The notes: a model not told the origin generated them from the letters alone. 64,000 nt of DNA from Octopus sinensis (GCF_006345805.1 NC_042998.1:98828001-98892000); one strand, 5' to 3'; positions 11,372-23,820 are shown, counted from the stretch's first letter. Program-made: numbers and translations.

Positions 11372-14300
11372 TATAATAATAATAATGAAATTATTGTATA
11401 CAGTGCTCAGGTGCACCACAACTTGTCAGAAAGTGCATATAAAGTACATGCAGTAATGTAGAAATGTCTGGAAAGTGAACAGTGTATGAGTCAGATACAT
11501 GCTTGTGTGTGTATGGAGGGGAGAAAATCAAGTGTAGTGTTGGCGAATCTCAGGAAGCATGGAAATTTTGAAGGATGCAGTGCTCCGACAACTAACAACC
11601 GATGCCGGCAGTTTGTTCCATGCTTCAGCAACTCTCAGCGTGAAAAAATGTTTCCTGAAGTCATGGGAGCTGTGCTGTTTTCTGACTTTGTAAATATGTC
11701 CACGGGTGTTAGATGGGTGGAGTCTGAAGAGGTGCTCAGAGTTTTTGTTTGTGCGATGGTTGATAATTTTATGGGTGTCTGCCATGTCAGCTGCCAGACG
11801 TCGGAGTTTCAATGTGTCCATACCCAGGGAAGTAAGGCGTTCAGAATATGGCAAATGCCTGATGGAGGGTATTCTTTTGGTTGCACGTCACTGAAGAGCT
11901 TCCAGATGATTGATATCCTGGGCAAGATAGGGGTTCCAGACCGGTGATGCAAATTCCAGGTGAGGTCTTACCATAGCTATATAAAGCCGCAGATAGATAG
12001 TTGGAGAGCGGCTCACAAAGGATTTGGTGAGTGATGCCAAGACACCCTCAGCCTTCTTGACAATTTTAGCGATGTGTTTTGTCCAACGCAAATCACTGTC
12101 GACAATAACACCCAGGTCAGGTCACGTTCACATGAAGACTTTTTGAGACTAGTGTTGTGGAGGGAGTAGGTGGACGCTGGGTTTCTCCTCCCAAAATGCA
12201 TGGTGGTACATTTGTCCACAGCCAGCTTCAGTTGCCAGTCCATGATCCACTGCTGCATTGTGTCCAGGTCTGCTTGCAATAGAGATCCATAGTGTACAGG
12301 ATCTGACCTCTTTATTTCGAGGTACAGCTTGATGTCATCTGCATATTTCAGCACTGTGGCATTCTTTAAGTTGGCATCTATGTCATTAACATATGCAACA
12401 AATAAAAGGGGGCCAAGAACAGATCCCTGCGGCACACCAGATGTCATCTCATAGGGCGAAGAGTGCTGTCCTAGAACTGTGACAACCTCTTTTCGGCCGA
12501 AAATAAAGGACTTTAACCAGTTATAGAGTTCGTCTCTTACACCCAACGCAGAAAGCTTCACCATAAGTCTTTTGTGTGGCACAGAGTTAAAAGCCTTAGC
12601 AAAGTCCAGGTAAACAACATCCACCCAGGATCCGCGATCAGTGATTTGGGCAACGTCCTCAAGAAACTCGATGAGTTGATTACAGCAGCTGGAGTTAGGA
12701 ATAAATACGAATTGTGACGGCTGGATGAGGCTGTGAGACTTCCAGAAGTTCCAGAGGGTTTCTCTGATACAGGATTCCATCAGTTTGGCGATGCAGCTAG
12801 TAAGACTGATGGGGCGATAGTTGACAGGCGATGTGCGGTCGCCTTTTTTGAACAGAGGGATGACACTGGCAGTTTTCCACTGTTCTGGAGTAACACCATT
12901 GTCAAGACAGAATTGGAAGAATAGAGAAAGTTGGCTTAGAAGAAAGTACCCACCGCGTTTGAGAAGTAGGTATGTAACACCATCGAGACCAGGAGAGGCA
13001 TAATTGCGTTTATTCTTTAGGTGGCATTGCAGCATTGCTGGTGTAAATTGCATAGAAGATATAGAGCCCGATGTCAGTGGTGATGAAGATGGAACATTTT
13101 GGTCTTCGACAGTAAAGATGCCGGCATAGCATCCAGCAATGATTTCTGCACATTCTTCGGGATTGCCAGTAATCTGTCCTGTGTGGGGATTGTGAAGGGG
13201 ACCAACTGGAGAGTGGGGTCTCTGCTTTGAGTGCACATACTTCCAGAACCCTTTGCTGTCAGGGTTAGCTGCAATGCGTTGTTCAAATTCAAGCACTGCC
13301 TTTTTTGTCACCTGCTTGAGGTGGTTGGCTGACCTATTGCGCTTTTTCCTGTTGCTCTCTGATTTGTGCAATTTGTATTCCCGTTCAGCATTACGGCATT
13401 CTTTCCTGGCAAGTCGGACTGCTGCAGTCTCCCAAATTGCACTATTGGGTGGATGTTTGTGCTTGCATGGTACTGATGCTGCACATGCTGCCCATATTGA
13501 ATTCAGAATGTTCTGGAGTATAGTGTCCACATCTCCAGAGGCATAAAATTCGTGCCAGTTTGGGCGTTGCAGCTCAGTACAATAAGAGCTCCAGTTTGCT
13601 TTATTCCAGTCAAAGTGGGCAATCTGAAGATGGTTGTGTTTTTTGTTACAACCAATCAGAGACAAGTCGGCTATGATCATGGAATGATCAGAGTCACCCA
13701 AAGGTTCTTCGGTAGCGACACTAATGATTGTTTCAGGAGAAGCGGTAAGTAGCAGATCCAAAGTGTTGTTACCCCTTGTGGGGGAGGTAACAACTTGGGA
13801 CCAATTTGAATTCAGCACCAGTTCAAGGAAATCGTCTGCACTTTGTGGCAAACAGAAGGCCTCCCAGTCAATCTCAGGGAAATTGAAGTCCCCCGCAACA
13901 TACACATATGTGGCTGTTTTCATGGCAGCCGCCCTGAGGATATCAAAAAGCTGTGCGTCTTGGCAATAATTTGGAGGACGTTAAACGACTCTGAGCAGAA
14001 GTGTTGACATGGTCATGTGTACATTGCAGAAAAATACCTTCTGCTGAGATTGGTTCAAATCATCACAGGGGATTGCCGATAGACTTGATCGAACATAAAT
14101 CATCACACCCCCTCCACGGCGATTAATGCGGTCTTTGCGGAACAGGTTGTAGCCGGCTATGCTGAAAACTCCATCACAGAGTGCAGAGTGTGCCCACGTT
14201 TCTGTGACTGTGATGAAATCTGGGTTGATACTTTTGACATAGGAGACAAAAAGATGCACCTTGTTGCATAAAATACGGGCATTCAAGGACAGCAGTTTAT

Positions 14301-14455
14301 ATCTGGATTTCAGATGATGATATACAGGAGATGGCTGATTATTCTTGGTTAGTTTCCCAAGATTTTTGCATTGCCAGTTGTTGTTGTGGGTGTAGTCTGC
14401 TCAGTCCAACTGGCATCCCTTATCCACGACTCACCAGACTTGACAAATTTCCAGA
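11372..14455 (-). mobile_element. CR1-like LINE: end of ORF1, near-complete ORF2 (APE+RT), 3' UTR
   Basis: APE motifs LNAR, VTETW, RKDR..RRGGGV, GDFN, LDLLL, SDH; RT motifs YRPISLTS, DFAKAFNSV, PQGSVLGP, YADD; (ATT)n tail. Confidence 0.95.
11528..14286 (-). pseudogene. CR1 ORF2 (endonuclease-reverse transcriptase), disrupted
   Basis: Split over ORFs 13981..14286, 12013..13923, 11888..12091, 11528..11854 by stops and frameshifts. Confidence 0.9.
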
Positions 14456-14756
14456 TCTGCCCAACAACAACACTGAACACCTTTTTGATCTCCATGTGTC
14501 TAACACACGTGGACATGCCTACAAAGTCAGAAAACAGCACAGCTCCCATGACTTTCGGAAACATTTTTTCACGCTCAGGGTTGCTGAAGCGTGGAATAAA
14601 CTGCCTGCATCAGTTGTTGACTGCCATGACACTGCATCCTTTAAGGCCCTCATGCTTCCCGAAATCCGTCGAAACTACACCTGATTATATATACACTTTA
14701 GATGAGTTGTAGTGCACCTGAGCACTGTACACAATTATTATTATTATTATTATTAT
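14456..14756 (+). mobile_element. CR1-like LINE short 3' fragment (diverged subfamily)
   Basis: NTEHLFDLHVSNTRGHAYKVRKQHSSHDFRKHFFTLRVAEAWNKLP; (ATT)n tail. Confidence 0.9.
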
Positions 14757-15139
14757 CACGGAGGCTAAAACTCTCCCGTGGCACAGAGTTGCGATTTAGG
14801 GAAGCCACGGATCTTAGCTTTGGGCGTACATCGGGTGGTAGGCCAGGACATGTTCTAAAGTTGATAATGTTGTCATGCCGAGCTCTGTCAGTACAATACA
14901 CTACAGTTTCTACTTCACAGATTTTTACCTATCTCAGGGGTTTGGGAATGTAACACCCATGATAGTCGAGGGATTACTATATATATATATGTGTGTGTGT
15001 GTAATAAAAATGTGTAACGTACATACATAAATATATATATATGTATGTATACATACATACATAAATATATATATAATGAAAATTTATATATACTCAGGTT
15101 TTGAGGCCTATTTTGTTGTTTGCATCACCAGACTTATGT

Positions 15140-15290
<151 letters not shown>

Positions 15291-15326
15291 TACATATATA
15301 CATACATACATATATATATATATATA

Positions 15327-15745
15327 CTCTTTTACTCTTTTACTTGTTTCAATCATATGACTGCGGCCATGCTGGAGCACCGCCTTTAATCAAGCAACTC
15401 GACCCCGGGACTTATTCTTTGTAAGCCCAGTACTTATTCTATCGGTCTCTTTTGCCGAACCGCTAAGTAGCGGGGACATAAACACACCAGCATCGGTTGT
15501 CAAGCAATGCTAGGGGGACAAACACAGACACACAAATACACACACACGCATATATATATATATATACACATTATATACATATATATGACGGGCTTCTTTC
15601 AGTTTCTGTCTACCAAATCCACTCACAAGGCTTTGGTCGGCCCGAGGCTATAGTAGAAGACTTGCCCAAGGTGCCATGCAGTCGAACTGAACCCGGAACC
15701 ATGTGGTTGGTAAACAAGCTACTTACCACACAGCCATTCCTGCAC
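15327..15745 (-). mobile_element. SINE family A with internal (TA)/(TG) microsatellite
   Basis: rc head GGCTGTGTGGTAAG...GGTTCAGT; central dinucleotide tract; 3' module ending AAACAAGTAAAAGAGT; related pieces at 36150-36365 and 40600-40935. Confidence 0.85.
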
Positions 15746-15763
15746 CTATATATATATATATAT

Positions 15764-15807
<44 letters not shown>

Positions 15808-16350
15808 AAGAAAAGAAAATATATACCTAGATAATGCAACATGCATTCCACTAGATATATATATACAGTAGCTGACCCTGTGCCATCAAATATGATAGCT
15901 AATTGTAGTATTTTATATATAAATAATGTATGAAATAAGGTACATAATAATCATAGATATAAAGATTCCCATACTTCCCTCATACATGCAAACACATACA
16001 CACATATACTCACACAGAGTTGAAATGCTGTTTGATTTTTCTTTTCAGCATTGAACATTCACCATCCCATTTCTAGTGCATCCCTCCCCCACACACAAAC
16101 ATTCACATACCCCTCTTTTACATACACACACATTTTTTCACCCCTTCCTTCCTTATTCAATTATCACCCCTTCCTTTCTCCATTGCTGTTATTTTCTCTC
16201 ACTGTCTCTCAGTCAGGGCTATTACTCTTACTACTTCTCCTTCACTGAATTACTATTTTCTCTCCTCTCCCTTCACTTATACTACATTTTCTCCTACTCC
16301 ATCCTAATCCTACTCTGTGATTTTGGACAAATATATATATATATATATAT

Positions 16351-17822
16351 TAATCAATATAGGGTGGCAAAAAATTTTTTAGAATTTTTATGCCACCAGC
16401 GGCCTAGTGGGAAAAAATTAAATAGTCATAGACCATTTTTAAGTTCAACATCACAATCAAGGAACGGCCATAATAGGCCATTCACCCACTAGAAATAAGA
16501 GCCAAAGCTTCAACCGCAAATAAAAATCAATTCCGTAAACCAGGAGAAAATTAAAAAACATTTACCCTGTAATTTCTTATACGATGCACCGTTTCACCTA
16601 CTGTTTAATGGTAAACTAACCTGATTAAATTAAATCAAGCCAATCTTCCATAGGCCCTTAGATTCATCAGTAAGAAATAGCCAAGTCGGAACAGATATTT
16701 TCACGAGGCATTTCCGACCCTGCCTCGGCAATATCTGACCTAAAATTTTCAAATCATCGCACTCGCGCCAAATTTATCAGCAGCAAATAAATATAAGCCG
16801 CCGATTCCATTACGGAATTAACCAGAAAATTCATAATTAATCAATATAGGGTGGCAAAAAATTTTGTAGAATTTTTATGCCACCAGCGGCCTAGTGGGAA
16901 AAAATTAAATAGTCATAGACCATTTTTAAGTTCAACATCACAATCAAGGAACGGCCATAATAGGCCATTCACCCACTAGAAATAACAGCCAAAGCTTCAA
17001 CCGCAAATAAAAATCAATTCCGTAAACCAGGAGAAAATTAAAAAACATTTACCCTGTAATTTCTTATACGATGCACCGTTTCATCTACTGTTTAATGGTA
17101 AACTAACCTGATTAAATTAAATCAAGCCAATCTTCCATAGGCCCTTTCTAAGGGCCTATGGAAGATTGGCTTGATTTAATTTAAACAGTAGATGAAACGG
17201 TGCATCGTATAAGAAATTACAGGGTAAATGTTTTTTAATTTTCTCCTGGTTTACGGAATTGATTTTTATTTGCGGTTGAAGCTTTGGCTGTTATTTCTAG
17301 TGGGTGAATGGCCTATTATGGCCGTTCCTTGATTGTGATGTTGAACTTAAAAATGGTCTATGACTATTTAATTTTTTCCCACTAGGCCGCTGGTGGCATA
17401 AAAATTCTACAAAATTTTTTGCCACCCTATATTGATTAATTATGAATTTTCTGGTTAATTTCGTAATGGAATCGGCGGCTTATATTTATTTGCTGCCGAT
17501 AAATTTGGCGCGAGTGCGATGATTTGAAAATTTTAGGTCAGATATTGCCGAGGCAGGGTCGGAAATGCCTCGTGAAAATATCTGTTCCGACTTGGCTATT
17601 TCTTACTGATGAATCTAAGGCCTATGGAAGATTGGCTTGATTTAATTTAATCAGGTTAGTTTACCATTAAACAGTAGATGAAACGGTGCATCGTATAAGA
17701 AATTACAGGGTAAATGTTTTTTAATTTTCTCCTGGTTTACGGAATTGATTTTTATTTGCGGTTGAAGCTTTGGCTGTTATTTCTAGTGGGTGAATGGCCT
17801 ATTATGGCCGTTCCTTGATTGT
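16351..17822. repeat. ~1.47-kb palindrome of ~487-bp tandem units
   Basis: Unit at 16351, repeated from 16838; centre CCATAGGCCCTT-TCT-AAGGGCCTATGG at ~17148; right arm is the reverse complement; (TA)n on both flanks. Confidence 0.92.
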
Positions 17823-18220
17823 GATATATATATATATATATATGAAGCTGAAGTTGTCTGTGTATGGCAGGTTTGGTAGCCTTCAACTAACACTATCTCC
17901 TCCGAGACATTGCGGTGCAAGTTGACCAAAATTGAGAGTATGATAGAAGAAGGCTTGCTCTTCATTCCGTAGAATAAAAAATTCAAATTGGACCATGTTA
18001 ACACCAAAAATTATTTACATCAAAAGGTGCTTTTTTTCTATGAAAATCCCTATTTTTTACGATTTTTTGACTGCTGTGTTGACATTTTTCGCTGTATTTC
18101 CACCAGAAAAATATTCACTTAAAGAGAATAAGAAGCTATATAATGCAAAATTTTTACTTTTCAAAAATTCCAGTTCTAAAGGGTCGAAACAAACCCGAGC
18201 AACACCATGCGATACTGCTA

Positions 18221-18221
<1 letters not shown>
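17823..18221 (+). mobile_element. Non-autonomous Helitron-like element
   Basis: TATATGAAGCTGAAGTTGTCTGTG start; CCCGAGCAACACCATG then CTAG|T end; inverse copy at 43639-44018. Confidence 0.8.
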
Positions 18222-18261
<40 letters not shown>

Positions 18262-18265
<4 letters not shown>

Positions 18266-18490
18266 TGCAGCGTGGAAGGTGTTTATAAGCCATTTAAGAA
18301 ACACACAAAAGCCGTTCGATTCACTTCAACATTTAAGTTTATACGTATATGTATAAACTAAAATGTTGAAGTGAATCGAACGGCTTTTGTGTGTTTCTTA
18401 AATAGCTTATAAACACCTTCCATGCTGCAATTGTTTTTGTTTCAGCACACGATCTCAGATCAAATTACTTGCTATGCGAGTACATCTCCG

Positions 18491-18492
<2 letters not shown>
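18262..18492. repeat. Foldback repeat with ~172-bp near-perfect hairpin (18262-18433)
   Basis: CAATTGCAGCGTGGAAGG...CCTTCCATGCTGCAATTG; single-arm copy at ~44528-44630. Confidence 0.85.
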
Positions 18493-18531
<39 letters not shown>

Positions 18532-19195
18532 TATATAAAAACACTACACTCATTATTATATTAGGAGATTAATGAAACAGGCCTTTCAAGAAAACCACTC
18601 CCAGTGTCATTGGTGGCCCTGACCTAGCCATGGTAGTGACTTCATGCCTTTGCATATACTACCCAGCATGTCCCTGGTGCCAACCTCTAGTGAGACCTTC
18701 ACTAAGTGGAAGCTACCAACTTGTCACCATCTTTGGTTATATTACTGGTGTAGATGTCCAGGGAACTAAAATCAAGGGAGTTAAAGCTCCACCTGATGTT
18801 GGAGACCAGATGATCATATTTCCACTAGTCCCAATTTCAGACATTATATTTAGGACCACATTATCCAAGCTGTCCTCCCTTTTTTCCCCCATTTTTTAAG
18901 AAGCTAGGGTATGATGTGAAGAAGATTTGACTGCTGTTTCTAGAAAGTTAAACCACCACTATAGAGGCTCCTTCATAACCTCTGTGTTCATTTTTGTTTG
19001 TGTGTGGTTGTGCGTGAGTGTATGTGTGTGAAATTCTGTTTGATTAAACAGACATCAAGTACACTAACTTTATAAGTTAGTGGGTGGAAATGTATGGAAT
19101 CTGTTGAAAACAAGTTTTAGAAAATTAGATATTTATGTGTGTGTGTGTGTGTATGCATGTGCACACATGTATATGTGTGAATATGTATTTATATA

Positions 19196-19231
<36 letters not shown>

Positions 19232-19489
19232 TGTATGTATGTATGTAGTTTGGTAGGTAGGTAGGTAGGTAGGTAGGCTGGTTGGTAGGTAGACAGACAG
19301 ATAGACAAACAATTAGATAGATAGAAAAATAGATAAATGGATAGACAGGCAGATATATAGATAATTAGATAGCTAGATAGATATAGATAGACAGACATAC
19401 ACACACACACACACATATATACATATATATATATGTCTATGCATATATATATGTACATATATACATACATACATACATACATACATACA

Positions 19490-19519
<30 letters not shown>

Positions 19520-19522
<3 letters not shown>

Positions 19523-19699
19523 GCTGGAGGAAGCACATAAATGTGAAACAAGGTGGAAAAAATAGTACTCAAATACCAGAGGTAGAGTAATATGCTTTAT
19601 TTAAAAGCAGCAGAAATATAACAAAAGCTGTTACTCAGAATTTCATGTTCTTGTTCGTGAAACTCTGAGTAACAGCTTTTGTTATATTTCTGCTGCTTT
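19520..19699. repeat. Dispersed repeat ending in a ~96-bp hairpin (19604-19699)
   Basis: AAAGCAGCAGAAATATAACAAAAGCTGTTACTCAGA and its rc; un-folded relative at ~63465-63560. Confidence 0.8.
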
Positions 19700-19757
19700 C
19701 ACATACATACATACATGCATACATACATACATACATGCATACATACATACAAAACAT

Positions 19758-20288
19758 GGTAGCTGCCCCCTTGTTATTGAGTATGGCCATTGCGCGAAGC
19801 TTAATCAATGTTGTTATCATGCAATGCCTGTGCAAGAAGATTTTTTTTTTAAGTGAGGAAAGGCTGTGCACTGAGTCAATCCCACTCACTAAGCAACAGC
19901 AGCCATAATCCGAAAAGAAGAACAAGTCAACATCATCGGTAACCACTGAGCTGCGGGTTTTATGTCAGAGTTATCCCAGTTACCTGAGTTACCTTCTCCT
20001 AGAAGGATGCCCTAACAAAGGCTAGGAGTCCTTCACTCCCAATGGTTTAACCGCGCAATCGGGTATTCAGTCCGATTATTTCTATGTCCCCGCGCATGAT
20101 ACAGCCTTAAGACATTTATTGGATGGCCGTGGACTCTCAGGAGCTCCTCAGCCCTTTGACAGGTTTTGTTTTTCATCCCGCAGGGTGTCCAATAGCTTGG
20201 TGGGGTTGCCGGTTTAGTTGCCGACGACCCGACCATGCAACAGGTTGTACTGAATTACATGTTACCAGTAGCACTCGAAAGTGACCTG
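19758..20288 (-). mobile_element. 531-bp non-coding retroposon-like insertion with 13-bp TSD in (TACA)n
   Basis: ACATACAAAACAT at 19745-19757 and 20289-20301; internal CTAGGAGAAGGTAACTC recalls RTE-type 5' UTRs (recollection, unverified). Confidence 0.65.
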
Positions 20289-20351
20289 ACATACAAAACA
20301 TACAAACATACATACATACATACATATATACATACATACATACATACATAC

Positions 20352-20382
<31 letters not shown>

Positions 20383-20414
20383 CATACATACATACATACA
20401 TACATACATACATA

Positions 20415-21268
20415 CAAAAACCAAAATAAAATTTGGGATTTGCAGAGGGTCAAAGTTGGTAACAAAAACAGGACAGTGTAGATATACAAGTAAACAAACA
20501 TGGAGGATTGTTAGACCAGATGAAGTTAAAATGGTGAATGCTAGAGAATTATTTTCTTTGACAAGAGAAAAGATAGAAGAGAAAGAGACAGATAAGATAT
20601 ATGCAGTCTCTGTGATAGCCCTGAAGGAAAAAGGAAAAGAAAGATGATCACATGGAGAAAAGAAAGATGGACGATGGTCATGTGTGAGCAACGAGAGAGA
20701 GAGAGAGAGGGAGAGAAAAGGAGAAAGAGAGAGAAAGGGAGAGAGTGTAAAGGAGAAAGAGACAGACAGACAGATATATGTTTATACTATTTATATTATT
20801 ATTTGATTGAACGCATCTATTTCCAAGTAAGTTTATCTTAATGTTTTTGATGCGATTCTACCCTATACTGTCCTTTCCTCATAGTTTTCTCTCTCATCCT
20901 TTTTCTAATTCCTTTTTTCTCCCTTCATTACTTTCTGTCTATCTCTTTCTCTCTCTCCCTCTTTCTCTTTTGCTCTCACTTTCTCTTGTTGCTTATATGT
21001 GACCATCGTTCATCTTTCTTTTCCTCATGTGATCATCTTTCTTTGCTTTCAGGACTGTCATAGAGACTGCACATATCCTATCTGGCTCTCTCTTCTATCT
21101 TCTCTCTTGTCAAAGAAAATATTTCTCCAGTGTTCGCTATTTTAACTTTGTCTGGTCTAATGACCCACCATGTTTGTTTTTGTTCGGTTTCCTTGTACGT
21201 CTCCACTGTCCTGTTTTTATTACCAGCTTTGATCCTCTGCAAATCCCAAATTTAATTTTGGTTTTTGC
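20415..21268. repeat. Diverged inverted repeat, ~350-bp arms
   Basis: CAAAAACCAAAAT...TTTGGGATTTGCAGAGG vs CCTCTGCAAATCCCAAA...TTTTGGTTTTTG; spacer ~20770-20890. Confidence 0.85.
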
Positions 21269-21409
21269 AGGAACAACTGCCTTCGAAGACTCATATTATT
21301 GTTCAATGCCTCAAATGAGGAGTAGATGGACAGCCGCCAACAGATGAAGGGTCGTTCTTTATGTTACTTGTCTTGTTTTCGTATTTCATGTTGTTTACGG
21401 TTTGTGATG

Positions 21410-21590
21410 TCGCACATAAAAAGCACCCACTACACTCTTGGCGTGGTTGATGTTAGGAAGGGCATCTAGCTGTAGAAACTTCGCCAGACTAGATTGAGCC
21501 TGGTGCAGCCTCTGGCTCACCAGTCCTCAGTCAAACCGTCCAACCCATGCCAGCATGGAAAGCAGACGTTAAACGATGATGATGATGATG
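21410..21590 (+). mobile_element. RTE 3' terminal fragment with (GAT)n tail
   Basis: CCCACTACACTCT...AGGAAGGGCATC...CGTTAAACGATGATGAT. Confidence 0.9.
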
Positions 21591-21676
21591 ATATATATAT
21601 ATGCATATATATAGGTATCTATATATTATTTATATTATTATTTGATTGAACGCCACACATCCATTTCCAAGTAAGT

Positions 21677-21735
<59 letters not shown>

Positions 21736-21736
21736 C

Positions 21737-21768
<32 letters not shown>

Positions 21769-21777
21769 ATATATATA

Positions 21778-21815
<38 letters not shown>

Positions 21816-21825
21816 AATCCCGTTC

Positions 21826-21857
<32 letters not shown>

Positions 21858-22107
21858 TATGTTTGTAAAAGATTATCATGGTCATATTTTTCAACTGATT
21901 TTCTCCAAACTGGGAACATACATTACCTATGTTCCAGGGATGGTTTTAAACTCTTAAAATTTTTCACATTATGTGTAACAGGAACCGCTGGGGGCAGAAA
22001 ATACCCATTCCTGGGTTATATGAGGAAGGGATGTAACTCTTTGTGAAGTAACTTTCAGAAGTTAATCGTCTCCCTTACCTCCATTGGTCAAAAAATTATT
22101 ACAATCT

Positions 22108-22505
22108 CATCTAATATATATAAAATAGAGATGTGTATGTATTTGCTTTTTATGCGAAAAGAGCTTCACCAATTGCTTCCATACTTGTGCTGTGTGAATA
22201 ATTTGATCTCACACGCATATTAAGCTCTTCATTCGATTTTTTTATTAAAAACAAAAAATACTGCTTTTTATATTAGATTTATGTCTTTGAAATTTTTTGA
22301 AAATATTTACTTCCACTCTTCTAACGTCAGTGATGTCTAGATCTCTTTATCCATCTCTCTCTCTCTCTTTGTCTCTATCTCTCTATTTCTATCTCTCTAT
22401 CCATCTCTATCTCTATAACTATCCATCACTCTGTATCTATCTGTCTATATCTCATCTATCTATATCTAGCTTATTTGTCTAACTAGCTAGCTCTCTCTCT
22501 CTCGC

Positions 22506-22540
<35 letters not shown>

Positions 22541-23820
22541 TCCCCCTCTCTTTATATCTCACTCATTCTCTATTGTTTTCACTTGCATTTTTCCGACGCT
22601 ATTGTTTTTACTTTAAGTTCAATCACTATTGTTTTCACTGTAAGTTTTCAATCGCTATTGACAAACAACAACAACAACAACAACAAATTACTGACAGAAA
22701 AAACTTCACAATTACTGATGAAAGTAATTTCATACGTAATTTACTGACAGAAGTAATTTCATAAATTTCCCTTCAATCTGTACACTTTGTTAAATTTGCC
22801 TACAAATTTCTTATTTACTTTTGCAACGCTTTGCGTATTTTTTTGTTGTTGACAGAATTACTGATAAAAGTAAGTTCATAATTTACAGACAGAGGTAACT
22901 TCAAAAATTTCACATAATTCTGTACACTTAGTTAAATTTCTTTAAAATTTCTTACTTACTTTTGCAACGGTTTTGTGTTTTTCTGTTGTTAATGGCTTTT
23001 TTCTGGTTCCTTCAACACTGGCTCTTTGGTTCACTAAGTGACAATTTCACTTCAACCCATACAATTTTTTATTTTCTGTAAAAATTTCTTATTTACTTTC
23101 TGCCAATCGTATTAAGAAATATAATTTCCATTACCCAGTTATTTTCATTGTTTACTCTCTTCTGCACCCATGTATTTCTGTATACATATATAACCATGCC
23201 TAGAAGAAGAGTGTCAAATTTCTCTACAATATCAAGGTCAGTCAAAAGAATGTCTCTGCCCAGGGAAAGAGAGACAGCTTCAGAAAAGGAAACATACCAA
23301 GAAATTAACAGACTGTGCACTACAAAAGCCAGAACATCTCAAAGTGATGAACAGAGATATGCACAGCTGACAAGGAATAGGAACTCCGCTGCAGAATGAA
23401 GAGCAGTTGCAACAGCTCAGAGAAGTAACTTCTATGAAGCAGCTTTCAATTATGATCCAGCAGTTCATTATGTAGATGATACTAGAGTTTCCATTGGTGC
23501 AATGACAACAGAGTGCATACATTGTAAAGCAAGGAAGTGGCCTGGAGAGACACCTGCACTGTGCTGCAGTGATGGAAAGGTTAAACTCCCTGCAATACCC
23601 CAACCTCCAGAGCCATTGAATAAACTGTTGTCATCAACTGACCAAGATCCCAAGCACTTCCAAAACAAAATTAGACAATACAACACTGCGCTACAGATGA
23701 CTCCATTTGGAGCCACAAGAGGTTTAAGTGAACCAGGATTCATGCAAACTTTCAAGATCCAAGGTCAGATTTGTCATTGAATTGTCTCTCTACTACCTCT
23801 GTCAAATGAATCACCAAAAT
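22108..23820 (+). mobile_element. Helitron, 5' part with Rep N-terminal coding remnant
   Basis: From ATG 23196: MPRRRVSN...AFNYDP...IGAMTTECIHCKARKWPGETPALCCSDGKVKLP...IRQYN...GFMQTFKIQGQICH, typical of Helitron Rep/helicase N-termini; in-frame stop present; 5' boundary approximate. Confidence 0.85.

Noticed and set aside
12013-13923. 636-aa ORF as a functional host gene
   Set aside because: CR1 ORF2 with an upstream stop and a downstream frameshift
20200-20288. HDV-like ribozyme at the 5' end of the 531-bp insertion
   Set aside because: A CUAA motif and a possible P2/P4 exist, but I could not build P1, P3 or the L3 consensus
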